64,000 nt of DNA from Takakia lepidozioides (taxonomy: Eukaryota; Plantae; Bryophyta), in contig CM060734.1 of NCBI GenBank assembly GCA_030704615.1, positions 35,898,001 through 35,962,000 on the forward strand. The letters run 5' to 3'. A program made the position numbers and the translations under genes. Positions 12,514 to 25,668 of the stretch are shown here, piece by piece (position 1 is the first letter of the stretch; each line of letters starts with the position of its first letter). The notes beneath the pieces were generated by a model. That model was not told where the DNA came from. It saw only the letters and a list, made by a program, of their open reading frames with translations, and did not search any database.

Positions 12514-15508
12514 TCAAAAATCAAGCGGAGAAGCAGCATTGGCTGGCCTGCCACAAATAAGACCAGCGGCACCCCCATTTCCCGCGTCTTTGCCAGTGGC
12601 ATCAACAGGCGCAAAAACCAATCGCTCCAGGACTAACCTCTTCTTACGCACCACTTTCATAGCATGGGTTGCAGCCTCGGGAATGGCTGGCACCTGACCA
12701 CATGCCCAAAATGACATTAGGAATCCCAGAATACCAGCTGGGAACTTTTACAGAAGCTGGGATAGGTCAAAGACAGTTCGAATTGAGATGTCTCTCTCAC
12801 TGCAACCTTCAGAACAGAAATGTGAGTTCACAGTCAGTGCACCAACAATCTATGAGAAATGTCATGAGATGCAAAAGCTCCCCACATGAAAAATCATGTT
12901 TCCAGAATGAGTGTGTGACAACCCAAAGACAAAAAACAAAAAGGAGCACACACCTGGGTGTTAATTGAGGCCAGCTTGTGGATGCGAAGAAAGCCCAAAA
13001 TGTCTTGGTAGTCTGTGAGCATGTCAGCCATTGTCTTGTCCTCATCTACCACAACAGAAGCACACAGTCCCTCAATCTATGGTACTTTGAGACCTAGAAC
13101 TTTTTCTCATTTTGACCAAACCAGCTGGATGTGAGTTTGGCATGAAATTGCAAACCATCTCTCAACCATGTTGCATTCACTCCAACTGTGCTAATCGGTT
13201 TTGCCAGTTTCTACAACATACTTTCACCTCTTAGCACAAGAGAAACATCCACTCACATCCATAGTTTCATTTTTCATGATGCTATGGTCATTCGAGTCAC
13301 ATTGGCAAGCCAACACATTGCATGCAATAAGCAACAAACACCCCGTACTCCCTAACCATCCAAGAGGAGCCACATCTGGCAAACAGCACTTAGCAGTTGA
13401 ACCATGCTGGTAACACTTGAAGAGATGGAAAGATAGCTCACCAAGAACAGCCTCCACAGAGAGTAAAATGTCAGCAAAATGTTGCCACCGAACTGCCATC
13501 GAAGGCTTGAGAAGCGCTACTGGAAATGTGACTATTGCAACTGCACTTGCAGCACGAAGCATGCCCTTGAGCGCTTGCAGAAATGACAGCATTTCCCAAT
13601 CCTAAACCTCCCTTCAACATCGAACAAAAATCCTCGTAAGAATTGGGGAAAATCTATACCGCAACATATTGCAGAGATCTGTAATTTATTCCTTTCAGAG
13701 CAAAAAGAGAGGACAAGGATTGCTGACCGTGCATGAGTTCATGCATTGTGGAGCACACAATGACTGAAAAGCCAACCGGCCCACCTGTTGAGCTTCTCCT
13801 GCTGGCCTGCCAGCCAAAAAACCTTTTATTTTTCACTTCCAGGCAAAGAATCTTGATCCTCAATTTGCGATTTGCGGCTTCCGCATGACAAACCACAGAA
13901 GAAACCATAGATAACTCAACATACAGAATGCAGGTCATTAGCTCAATGGCTTAGCTCAATGGCTTCCATGTCAGGGCTTCCAAGGGCTCAGAGAACAGCC
14001 AAATTTCTTTTCATACAGCAGTTTCTTTCCATCATGCTGCCAGAAACTTGGTATGTTGTCCAGGCCCACCAATGATCTGCATGCGCAGAGAGCAAGGAGC
14101 CTCCATGAGGTGATGGGAAAGTTAAAACGTACATGGAAACCATGACATTGCAGACCTTATCACTACATATGCTGGAAATGCCATTCCGGTCTCTCCTTAG
14201 ATATTCTCTAAACAACATACCTGGCCAATTTGGCAACGAAGTCCTTGCAATGGTCACGCAGGGTCGCCAAATGTACACCCTCTCCAAGGCTGTGGCAATC
14301 TACCATAGCCCTAGTCAGCATGGTACGCTCCATGGGCTTCCGCATATCAAACATGTTGCAAAATTCATAACCAGCACCTGCCCAGAGGTTTCCGACATCA
14401 GTAAGCACGAACAACTTTGATTTAGACAGCATGTAAAGTAGGATGTAGGACCAAGCATGTAGAAATTTTTTACTGTGAAACTAAAGCCAACCACCTGGGA
14501 TAGAGTGGTAAAAGGAAGATGAGGTCGGGGACCATGAGTGGGTGGCCAGCTCTTGCTGCCGCTGCCTCCGCTCCTCCAGCGCCTGCTGCTCATTCAGATA
14601 CCGCCGATACTGCCATGCGATTCTTAACTCCCCCTGCCAACACAAACATTCGGCACACCATTGTTTGATGACATTAGTTACTGACTGCCGGCAACCCATC
14701 TACCCACAACTCATATTTGAGATCTTGCTAACGCGGTAACAACCATGAGGTAGACTGCAGATGTGGTGTGTTCTGGAAATTTAAAACCATAAACCCTAAA
14801 CCCTTGCCCTATTACAAGACGATGTCAATATAGGTACCAACAAACCTGTGTGTTGGTGTCTTGGGCTTCACTAGCCCTGCCTTTGCTTTCCTTTCCGCTA
14901 GCTATGGCTGGCAACGTGCCAAGGAATGCCTGTGGTGAAGGGAGCGGGCTGGCAAAAAAGAGAGGTTGTGCATGTGCAAGCCCCTGGGCCATGAAGTAGC
15001 GCAGTAGCAGCATATGGTGCGGTGCCTCAATGTCCTCCATGACCATCACCAACCCTCCAACTGGAATCCCTCCTCCAATTATCTGTGAGACTTTGTCAAG
15101 GACAAGTCCCACTCTTGTTCCTCGTAATCCCAACGTGTACACATATAAACCAACCCTTTCAAAAAGTCTGCTCCCATGACAATATGCATAAAGAACAAGT
15201 ATTGGGCCGTGCTTCAAAACTGCGCCAATTTTCCATTGAAAGGTGGACACGGATAATACATAAAACCTGGAAGAGAACAACTCAGACACGTGCTTACAAG
15301 CACCATCATCAACGTTACATGTCCATTTCCAGAACGCAAAAACCTTCCAAACCATGAGTGAGACGAAAGAGAGGATATGATCAAGATCAGAGAGGCCCGA
15401 AGAAACAAGTGAGACACCATGGGAGCCAGGCCTTGCTCCCACAGATTGCACGTAGCCTGCGGAAGCTGAAGGCCCCTTCCTCGTGAAGCTCCTGCTCTTC
15501 CCCTCCAT
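12514..15508 (-). CDS. ELP4: Elongator complex subunit 4 (PAXNEB family), 8 exons: 15508-15379, 15084-14846, 14633-14495, 14377-14221, 13806-13728, 13601-13442, 13045-12954, 12693-12514
   Basis: [80 protein letters not shown] and C-terminal PLDF*. Phases are consistent when intron 1 is read as AT-AC. Confidence 0.92.
15085..15378 (-). other. U12-type (minor spliceosome) AT-AC intron 1 of ELP4
   Basis: Minus strand: donor ATATCCTCT at 15378, branch point TCCTTGAC about 10 nt before acceptor AC (15086-15085). Splicing restores the conserved DLDQIIGGG. Confidence 0.9.
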
Positions 15509-16776
15509 CGTCTCCTCGCTCCTCCCTGTGAATTCTATGCCTCCTATGGAATCCCCAAAAGCCCACAATAGCAGCCCAGGCCAGGCTTGGAAAAGCCCGG
15601 GCCAATATTCTCTAGCCTAAAATAATATTCTCTACCCCGGGCTTAAGATGCCAGAATCCCGGGACAAGACTCTCAGGCCGGTGCTTGCAGTGAGATACAT
15701 GGATCATGTCCCCTTCCCCATAAAAACTGGAAAATGTTTTTCTTTGTAATTCAATGAATACATGCAAGCCCTGCCAACTTAAGTGTAGTTACAAATCGTT
15801 TGTAAAATGATTGACATAATCTGGAAGTTTGAATACTAAGTAAATGGGTTTATGTCGGTCCAACATGCTTCTTTTGTTCCACACAAAAATGAGATGAGAG
15901 TTGCACTTTCTCATAAATGAATGAAGTGAGTGAGATATTGTGTTGGGTTTGTCAAGATTGATATTAAAATCTCCGATAAAAATCGTTCGATAATTTTTGG
16001 TGCCCGATCATATAAATTTTGCAAATTTTGCAAAATATTGTGAACTAGAGAAAGCGGAGGTTTGTAAATTGCAATGGCATGTAAAGCTATGCGAGAATTT
16101 AGATTGAAAGACGCATCAATGAATTCTACGCCGTTGTGTGTTACTTGCTCTTATAGATTGATGGTCATCACACAATTCAATTTATAGGATAACCAGCAGC
16201 TGTATCAGTGTGTCGATGTTTCTGTAACAAATGGTCATGATTTTATATTGTCTATGTACAAACTTCACTCTCTTGAGCCCTAAAAAATCTCAATCTTCAA
16301 TTCGCGCGTTAATTTATGCACATACAAGTGTTTGTAACAAGTCATCAGGGACGGGGACGGGGGCGGGGGTAGGAGCAAGGTTAACCGCCCCAAAATCATA
16401 CAAAAGATCTCGATTGCATATAATTGACATTCTGATAGAGCCCACCCCTGAAGTGCAATATCCGCATGGGGAAGAGGCTTCTTATTTACGCTAGTTGTGG
16501 CTGGCGTCATATATGTATATATATATTCTTTAAAAGACCCTCTTTATCAAAGAGTGTGGTAGATCAAAAGACGATGCCACCTCAATTAACTCGCCACATG
16601 ACATTTTAGGGGTGAAATTTGTCCAATGGCAGAACCTTAAGGCTTAACCCTTAATTTCCCAAGCCCTTTTTGGAGTTTTTAACAATTTTGGGTACCTAGC
16701 TGCAGTAAATTGCCCACAGAAACCTACCAATCATCCATAGATTCCAACCATATAGAAGTGGGGCCAGCTCATTTAT

Positions 16777-17440
16777 CCCTTAAACGACCACTAGGCCCAC
16801 AATGGGCCGTTGAAAACTTTGAATATTAATAACTTTTTTGGATTTTGGGGTTTTTTGGTGAAATCTACGCCATTGAAGGGGGGCTGAAGTGGAGCGCCAG
16901 GATCTTTTTGCCGATTAGGGAAATTTCATGTTAGGGCAAAGTTATGCTCTTTCGCGCGTGAATTCTTGCTTCGCGCGTTTGGTCTCTCTTGCTTGCATGC
17001 TTGTTGTAGGTATCCGTTATGCCGTGTGCAGGTGTCGTGTACAAATCTACCCCCCCAACTTTGACCAACTGCCATCTGGTGCCTATTGGGCGAAATCCAC
17101 CTTATTTTCCTGCATCACGTGGAGGATGTCTCCTGCTTGAAGTGCTCCAACTTCCAGATGAAACAGAGTTCATCCCGTCAGCCAAAATATGATTTTTTAT
17201 TATTATTTTTTTTAATTTTAACCACATGTTGGAAAATTGGGCCCCACTGTCAACGGGCGCGTTTTGGCAGATCTGCGCCGATTGGCCCGCAATTTGGGTA
17301 GTACCTACAGGTGTTAGGATGGCCACGTGACCTCAGGTCATTTTTGGGAAATCTTGAAAACTCGCTGCAAACTATTGATTTTCCTCCAAGGGGGTCAATT
17401 TAGGAGGAAAAGTCAAACTACCCCACTGGTCATTTAAGGG
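16777..17440. mobile_element. Non-autonomous piggyBac/Pokey-like DNA transposon, TTAT TSD
   Basis: TTAT|CCCTTAAACGACCA ... TGGTCATTTAAGGG|TTAT: 14-bp TIR with 1 mismatch, CCC/GGG ends and a 4-bp direct TSD. No transposase ORF. Confidence 0.7.
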
Positions 17441-17526
17441 TTATGCACAACATATCAAAAAAATGAGCCAATTCCATTTGTGGGAATTGTGAGATTATAA
17501 CATTGGCCCGAACCTCAAATTTCAGG

Positions 17527-18430
17527 TACTAGAAAGAAAACGCGAAATAACCACTCTGTTAACCACTCATTTTGAGTGGTAAAAGACACTAAACCACTCT
17601 GGTCCCAGAGTGATGAAGAACCAGTGGATTAGGACAAGTAAGTGGTAAAAGACATTACGTGGCACCCGTGGTTAGGAACGGTGGTTCGAACCACTCACAT
17701 CCGGGTCCACCTATTCGCTGACGTGTCATAGTAGTAAATTAACCACTGTGATGTGTAAACTCACCACTGTGACGTGTCACTAAGGTAAACCAACCACTTA
17801 TGACTCGTCACAGTGGTAAACTGACGTGTCGTAGTGGTAAAGTAACCACTTCCGTTTTCCAGTGGACACGTGGAAGTCGGTGGTCCGTGGATGATATTGG
17901 AGATTTATGTCAACATGTGGCGACACTCTCAGCATGGACACGTGTCCTGTGTCGGTGCTATGAAATGGATGGAATGAAAATTCAATGACTTCCGAAACCA
18001 CTTGTTGAGTGATCGCGAAATAACTCACAGAGTCATTCTATGAAAACTGAGAATATACAATATCACTCAAACCGTGGTTATGTGAGTGGATGACGTCTCT
18101 CAGCAGGTCATTGGAATGATTACCCATAGAGTGGTATGTAAGCTGTTTGAATCATCCATGGTGTCTCTCTGAGTGGGAACTATGGATTGGAATGATTACT
18201 AACAGAGTGGTGTGTAAGTGATTAGGAATACTACTGGAGGAATTCATACCACTAATACAGTAATATATAGATGATTACTTATACCACTGCAGGAGTGGTA
18301 ATGGAGGCAATTGTGTGTATTTGGCTACTCTCACAGTTTTAAATTATACCATTATTACAGTGACGTGCAAGTGATTAACATGACTAGATGAACACATACC
18401 ACTAGCGTAGTGAAAGAAGTACCATTGGGG
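17527..18430. mobile_element. Probable CACTA/EnSpm-type terminal region with subterminal repeats
   Basis: Starts TACTAGAAAGAAAA, close to the CACTA(C/G)AAGAAAA terminus. Followed by many ACCACT/AGTGGT motifs in both orientations. The partner end was not found. Confidence 0.45.
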
Positions 18431-18639
18431 ATTCAAGCTCCACAAAATAGAATAGAATCCCAGAGAGTAAGTGTTGGAACACTGTCAACAAAATCCAGCC
18501 ATGATAAAAGTCTGAGCCTAACTTCTACACGGCGTCTCCGCATGCATGTTAGGAACACTGAACTGCTTTAATGCCTTCTTCTCATTGCCAACAATGTCTA
18601 CCCCCGGGCGAACGAAATTGTAAGTCCTCTTCATGTTCT

Positions 18640-18790
18640 TCTCTGGCCAGGGCTGCCAGGCTCACATTTGATGTAGATGTACATTAGGGGAAATGTTCAT
18701 AATGACATCTGGTACAATTCCAGCTTTGATAATGTTACCATGAACCTCTTTGCCCCTTCCCAGGGCTGCTAGGCTCCCATATGCATATTA
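18640..18790 (-). pseudogene. PLS-class PPR gene fragment
   Basis: Translates AYGSLAALGRGKEVHGNIIKAGIVPDVIMNIS, then after a frameshift LMYIYIKC. This matches an L/S-type PPR motif junction. Confidence 0.65.
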
Positions 18791-19608
18791 CAAACACAAA
18801 TGAACATGACCTGGTCTCGCTTCATCCCTTCCCATATCATTTGCTCTTAGGTTTCTAAAGCCTTAATCCCATACCCATGCTGCACATACCTTGCAATCAT
18901 GGCACTCCAAAACACCACATCGGCTCTCTTGATCATTTTTCAGAAGTTGTGGTCATGGTTGAGGTGCCTGATTTTATCAACTGTGTCGCTGCAGCTGCTA
19001 CCTTTAGTTGACCATCTACCCATGTAACAGGTTTCTTGTAGCTATTGATCCACATGGAATCATAGGTAATCTGGAGCTTGAAGTCCGGCCCTCTGGGATG
19101 AATCTGGACCCACACTCTATCTATGCTCCTTCAGCTATCTATGCCGCTGCACAAATCATGCATACATCTTTGTCTTGCTGCTAGCACCTGACAATGACAA
19201 CCTAGATTTGTTCTAGGAAACACCCAACTCAACTTATCACTATAGTCAATTGCATCTGCTACTTGTCTGCCCCCTATCCCACCAGCTCCGCTCGTCATCG
19301 TACATTGAGAAAAAATCACACCTTGCGATCGCAGTTGTCCCACCATCGTGCACACCTTCATGCCCCGATTCTAGGTCTTGAGTCCCTGTCTGCCCCCTAT
19401 CCCACCAACTCCGCTCGTCGTCTCTCATGATCAGACTCGACACTATAAGAAAACAAACACAGCTCTGTCATGTTTGTCTCTCACGATCAAACTCGACACA
19501 AAGAAAACAAACAGATGTCACAGTGGCAAGGGAGACAAAAAAAACGCTAAGTCCCCTCTACTCATGACTGGATGGATGAATGTAGCAATAGATGGATGGA
19601 TTTTGGGT

Positions 19609-22600
19609 TGTCATGGTTTTATTTGTGATTAGTTAGAAATAGTTATTTCTAGCTAATTAGGACATTATACATTTATATTTGTATTTTGTTGGCATTGGGA
19701 CTTCATTTGGTTCCATGTGCCAAGTGAGGTGGCGAACCTCACTTAGAACATGGGGAGGTTATTTCCACGTGAGACGTAGGCAGGCTCGTCTTCTTCTAGT
19801 CGAGCCTCCCGATGCCTCTCTCGCCGCCATAGCTCTAGTTCTTGAGATGGAGAGTGGGTGAGGTCTGTATGGTGGAGTCTTTCAGCAAAGGTGCCGTTGG
19901 CTTGACTTATATAACGTGATAGAGTGGTTTCTCCTCTTTTCACCATTTCCGTATCACTAGAAGAAGACCTGCTTACATCTATGAGTGCAAGGTGTTAGCA
20001 TAGTTAGCACTTGTGTGTGGAAGAGAGCTTGATAGATAGCTCTTAAGATACAAGGTGTTGCAGGGTTTGCAAGAAGAAAACCTTGTTGTGTTTATGTACA
20101 AGAGGAGGTCTTCAAGGAGAGCCCCATTGGAAAGTTTGAGAGCTTGTGAAGAGGCTCTTGTTCTGCAAGTGTTGCAGGGTTTGAGGAGTTCAAGAAGAGC
20201 TCGGGTGTTAAGAAGTAAGCGGTGCATGAGTGGAGCATGGTTTCAGCTTGTGGGAGTCTTCAACTTCAAGCTTAGGAGAGCTATGAGTGGAGGTAGATAT
20301 CTGATTTCTCTTTGGGGCAGAATAGTGTATTTGTAGAGCATGCTTTGAGTTGGGGTTTCATCCAACTTGGGAAGAGCATGTCTATGGAAGTGACAAGTGC
20401 AGGGCTGGATTAAGAGCTCTAAGAGGTGCACTATGGCCATGGGAAGGAAGCACTATGAGTGCATGCGATGGCTAGAAGAGGGTATGCCATAGAAAGCTCA
20501 ATAGCTTGTTCTATGCTTGTTTCAATAAGTTCTATAGAGAAAGAGAGCTTGTTATGTGGCAAATAGCCTGCTCAGGGAGTTAGAGGTACTCTTGGTGGTC
20601 TATTGAGGCTCAAGAAACCAAGAACAACACCTCTGGTTGCTCCATAGAAGCCATAGCTCGTTGCAGCAATCGCAGAGGCAAAGCGGCGCAAATCCTAGCT
20701 TGGGAACGCGTGGGAACGCTTGGGAACGCGTGTGAACTCCTTGGGAACTCGTGGGAACGCATAGGAACGCGTGGGAACATTGCCCCAGAGTTGGGAGCAC
20801 CACCATTGTCCAATCGGATGAACTATTGAGCCAGTGGATGAACTATCGCGCTATCGGATGAAAAATCGCAGCGACGGATGAAACTGCGTCAGCGGATGAA
20901 ATCGTGGCAGCGGATGAACTATCGCGCTATCAGATAAAAAATTACGGCGACGGATGAAACTGCGTCAGCGGATGAAATCGTGGCAGCGGATGAACTATCG
21001 TGCCATCGGATGAAAAATCACGGCGACGGATGAAACTGCGCCAGCGGATGAAATCGCGCCAGTGGATGAAATATCGCACTGATGGATGAACTATCGCGGC
21101 AGATGAAGTATCGGACCCATGGATGAGAAATCGCGGTTTTGGATGAAATTTGGTCAGTGACGGATGAAAAATCGACTGACTATGGATATTTTTGGAGCCT
21201 TCTGGGGCCTGCTTTGAGGACTATTTGGGGTCTATTGAGGCCAATATCTTGCAGGTATTGGGGCCTGCTTGAGGACTGTTTGGGGTCTATTGAGGCCAAT
21301 ATTTTACAGGTATTGGGGCCTGCTTGAGGACTATTTGGAGTCTATTGAAGCCAATATCTTGCAGGTTTGTGGAGCCTGCTTGGGGCTGTTTGAAGGACTA
21401 TTTGAGGTCCTTCGAGGCCAATGTTTTGCAGGCCTGTGAAGCCTTGTGAGGGCTGGTTGGACTTGGAGGCCCATATTGGGTAGACTTATGGAACTTTTTA
21501 AGAGCTCTTTGGAGGACTGTTGGAGGTCCTTGGAGGCCAATACTTGGCAGATTTGAGGAGCTTCTTAAGGGCTGTTGGAGGACTGTTGGAGGTCCTTGGA
21601 GGCCATATTGGGCAGGCTTGTGGAGCCATTGTGAGGGCTGGTTGGAGACCTTGGAGGCCACTAATTGTCGGGCGCCTAAGGCCTTTTGGTGGACTGTTTG
21701 TCCAAGTTTGCGAACTTCTTGAACCTCGATGGATCTATGTGAGAAGCTGATTGAGGGCAAATTTCAGAAGTTCATGGCAATAATTTGAGGGCTCTTGAGA
21801 GTTATTTGAGAGGTTCTTTAAGGATAGCCTTGTTTATTGCTCAAGCAAGAGTGAGTGTGAAGATATGGGGAGTAATGGGATGAGAGCATTCTGGGCTCAG
21901 AGATTGTTTTAGCTTATCTTATCTATTATCTTCCATCATTCTTGTAGGCCAAAGTTTTTCCGTAAGCGGAGGCAGAGCTGGTTTGGATAGAGATTTGGCC
22001 ATCTTGCAGGTTTATTGAAGTTGCAAAGAGATCGATTGATTTAAGCTGTGGGAGGTGTTGTTGTTTGAGTTTCCTGTGTTTGGATCCTCCTCCCACACAT
22101 GCATGCTTGACTGTGCGCCATGCTAGTTTGGTTTGGGCGCTTGCTTTTATAGGTGGTTGTGCCGGAAATATTGTGGCCGGCCAATCCTAGAGCATGCTGT
22201 CGGTGGTGAGGCTGGGGTGATGACCAGCAGACCATCATTGTTTCTCTTATGGTGAGGCTGGGTTGATGACCAACAGACCATAGGAGTGTCTGCGGTGGAT
22301 GCAGGTGCAGGTGCAGGTTCAGAATAGGAACCAAGTATTCCAAACCATAAGCCGCAACAGGTTCTCTACCCGGTTACCTTGTGGAAAGGAGGATTAGAGA
22401 CGAGTTGATAGCCGGTTTGAATGTGAGTTTTCATCATGGAGGTGCCACCAGTTGCTAAGGAGAGTGCCGGTATGAGCACTAGCGATACTAGTGGGTATAC
22501 AAGACGAGGTGTGCGGTTTAGGCCACCTTCACCTTCAGTATCTTCTGAGGAAGGTTCAGACTCAGAGTTAGGAGGATTCTCGCCGAGGGTGCAAGTCATT

Positions 22601-24977
22601 TCCGTGCCATTGTTGTGGGATACGATGGAGGAAATGTATGGAGCTACCAAGGGGCCACGTCGATACTCGGGAGCTGTGGGCACCATCGAGCTTGATGATT
22701 TCATACAAGAGTTTGATAGTTGGTGTGATTTGCAGCAGATGCGCAATCCACAACTGTTTACGCCTTTTATGGCGTGGAAGGGGCTGTTTCAGCACCTTGA
22801 AGGGCCGCCTATGGATGACTACCATGAGTTTAGGCGGGGAAATGAGGTGGAGATTGAGAAGTGACGACAATATTGGTCACCTGACTATGTCTCCATCACT
22901 AGAGGCACAAGGGCAGCGGCGATACCAGCAGCTACACCAACATCCCCAACTGCAAGCACTAGTAGTGGGACAAGTAAAGATGGAGTTGGGAAATCCACTC
23001 AAGCTCCTGCTGCAGCACCAGCACCCGTGCCTGCCTTTAACCCAGTTATGGAATTCTTCGAGGAGTTGAGGAGAAACTACCAGGGAATAAGGACGGAGAA
23101 ATTACGGAGCTTGCAAGAGTTCCAGCGCAAGCCTACTGAGAGTTTGAGAGAGGCTTACACGCGCATGAGACGATTGATAAATGTAACCCAAGGGGTTACG
23201 GAAGCTCAAACAGTCCAATTCTGGTATGGGATATTGGACAAGGAGCTAAGGAGAAGGGTGTTGGATGCAACTCTCCTCCAAGTAGACCAACCCACCTTAG
23301 CAAACGTGTTTTTGCTGGCAGAGCGGATAGAGCTCAATATGGTGGAGGAGCGAGTGGTCATGGTGGGGTTTGGTAAGGAGACACAACGAAGTGGGGCTCC
23401 TAGCCAATAACAACCACTACCCCAACGTGCTCAAGGCAACAAGGGGGCTCAGGCGAAGCCCAGGGAAGGACATAGAGGATCTCAATTGCAGAGGTTACTT
23501 CCTTCATTCTTAGGCCAACAACAGTCGAGTGTGACATGTTGGGATTGTGGAGGACCCCATGTTAAGAGAGATTGCCCGGAGAGAGGCAAAGGGCCGGCAC
23601 AGGCACAGCCTACACAACTACAGTGTGGGCATTGTGGCAAGTATGGGCATGAAGAGACCCATTGTTATGACTTGCATCCTGAGCTACGGCCAGGCCAGTT
23701 CCAAGGGAACAATGGTGGCCGAGGACGAGGCAATGTAGTCCAAAGAGGTAGAGGAGGCAGAGGTCGTGGTGGAGGTCGTAACCAGAACCAAGGAGCACAA
23801 GGTCAAGGTCAAGGTCATGACCAAGGCATGGTGGATAGGCTTGCCCAGCTAGAGTAACGTCTTGCTACCATGACCACTACTAATGTGGCGTCAGCTCCAA
23901 GGCTTGAGGTTCAAGCCCCACCTGCACAACCTCTTATGCCTAGGGAAGACCAGATTGGTATGGGCTTCATGTGTGGAGCCGCACTTGCTGGACCATTGCA
24001 TGTGGACTCTGCAGCTGCTGTCACTCGAGCAGCAATGCGTGCGCCTGAGCCACAAAGAGGGGAAGCAAGTCGACAGACAAGGCTTCCACAGTCTTTCACA
24101 TTGGCTGAGACAGTGCCAACTACGCTATCGATGGTACCCGCTCGCCCAAGTGTATCAAAGGTAGAGCCACGAGTGCCAGTGGGGAGAGTTAGTGTGGCTC
24201 GGGAAATGCCAGTGGGTGGTGTTGCAAAGCAGGGTGCAGCCAATACATTATTGGGGGCGGCTACGGCGGTTTTCCAAGCTCCATTGTTTTCTGCGATGAC
24301 CATTGCAATGCCGGGAATTCGGCTAGCTGCTGTGTTCAGATAATGTGCAGTGCATGGATGTCATGGACTCAAGGGTGAAGATAGCCACAGCTGCACCATA
24401 GCAAGCGACAGCTGCAAGGTTGCAGGAGTTGTCAGCTAGACCAGCCATTGAGCGTAGTATGGTGACTCCTGGGGTAGTCCTGGTGTACAATCAGGATGGT
24501 GTGTTTCAGTTGGGTGGCCCAGCCGGGAAGAGGTATAGGCCACTACGGGTCTTGTTGGACTCGGGAGCACAGCCATTGATGTTGGGAAGAGCAGCAATTG
24601 CAGGTTTGGGCCTTACTGAAGCGGATTTGGAGCTTTTGGGCGGTTCAGAGAAGGCACGAGGGATTACACGTCATGAGCTCTTCATTCGATTGCAGCCGGA
24701 TCATCCTACGGACGGCTCAGTCATGAGAGCTAAAGCCATTGCTACGAACGCGATGTCTTATGATGTGCTTGTTGGTGGGGCGGTGTTATACCCCATGGGA
24801 TTCACTCTGGACTTTTGGGAGGAAACGACATCCTACAGGCCGGAATGGCAGTCGAGAGATGGTCGACGTGCACTGCTCCCAGTGCGGTTTATTGGGAATG
24901 TAGCGGTGGATCATAGGAACATGATGCCCACATTTCAGCTGGAAGGCACTAGCCCTTGTGGTGAAGAGATACCATAA
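19609..24977 (+). mobile_element. Truncated LTR retrotransposon relic (Ty3/gypsy-like): long repeat-rich leader, gag and aspartic protease; RT/RH/INT absent
   Basis: Gag ORFs 22436-23857 are broken by stops (retrotrans-gag-like QRKPTESLREAYTRMRRL; zinc knuckles CWDCGGPHVKRDC and CGHCGKYGHEETHC; RGG tract). Protease VLLDSGA...YDVLVG lies at 24420-24977. The left boundary is tentative. Confidence 0.75.
20698..21660. repeat. Three adjacent tandem arrays in the retroelement leader
   Basis: TGGGAACGC units (20698-20780), (C/T)GGATGAA-core ~17-19-bp units (20815-21170), and ggggcctgcttgaggact/ggaggccaata units (21200-21660). Confidence 0.85.
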
Positions 24978-25268
24978 GTTTCGGGAGAGGCGTCATACTT
25001 TTTTTGCATCCCTCTATTAGAACGGATGTAGTACCATGCCTGAGCGCAAAAAAAGTCAAGATTCTCATGAATACACAAACGAAGTTGTCATGCTCTAAGT
25101 GGTGTGATTTTGAGAGAGGGGTGGCATGGTAGCCAAGACCAAGGGAAAAGCCTGATGAGCGCTGAAATGTTACCGGTGTAAAAATTCTGTTGGGACCTTC
25201 AGGTTTGACATCCTACTTCTAGCATATAATGCTATATAGGCACCACTTCTACATGCAATGTCTCTGGC

Positions 25269-25668
25269 TTACTCCAAGGTGTGAAGAGTTGCGGTTTTGA
25301 AATCGTTGCTGAAGACAACATGGAACATTTTGGCCTGGACGATGGGCTTCATTCTGAAGTCGACGGTCACATATTCCACAACGACATTATCCTTAAGGAG
25401 CTTGTTGTAGATGCCACCTGGAATGAATCTCTACGTGCTCCTTCAATTTGGCTCCATCTCTCATAAGCTCAAAAACCCCAGCTGCATGGAAATAGCAAAT
25501 AGTCCCTAAAACTGCAGTCCTAGGAATGATCGTACACGTTGCTCTGTAAAATTCATTCTGATATTGACGTTCATAAACCATATTATCTGTAGCGTTCCGA
25601 GACTCAGATGATTCCAGCCGACTGGGGTTAATCATTTCAATCACTCGACGGACGATGCCAACAAACAT
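25269..25668 (-). pseudogene. Crinkler (CRN)-type restriction-endonuclease-fold effector relic
   Basis: Across frameshifts it reads YERQYQNEFYRA...DYLLFPCSWGFELMRDGAKLKEHV(E)RFIPGGIY...YVTVDFR...FHVVFSNDF. Confidence 0.7.

Noticed and set aside
14825-15568. 247-aa ORF as a single ELP4 exon
   Set aside because: It includes the U12 intron and 5' UTR; the real start is the ATG at 15508.
20815-21170. CRISPR-like look of regularly spaced GGATGAA repeats
   Set aside because: Units are short and degenerate, the spacers repeat, the context is a eukaryotic retroelement, and there are no cas genes.
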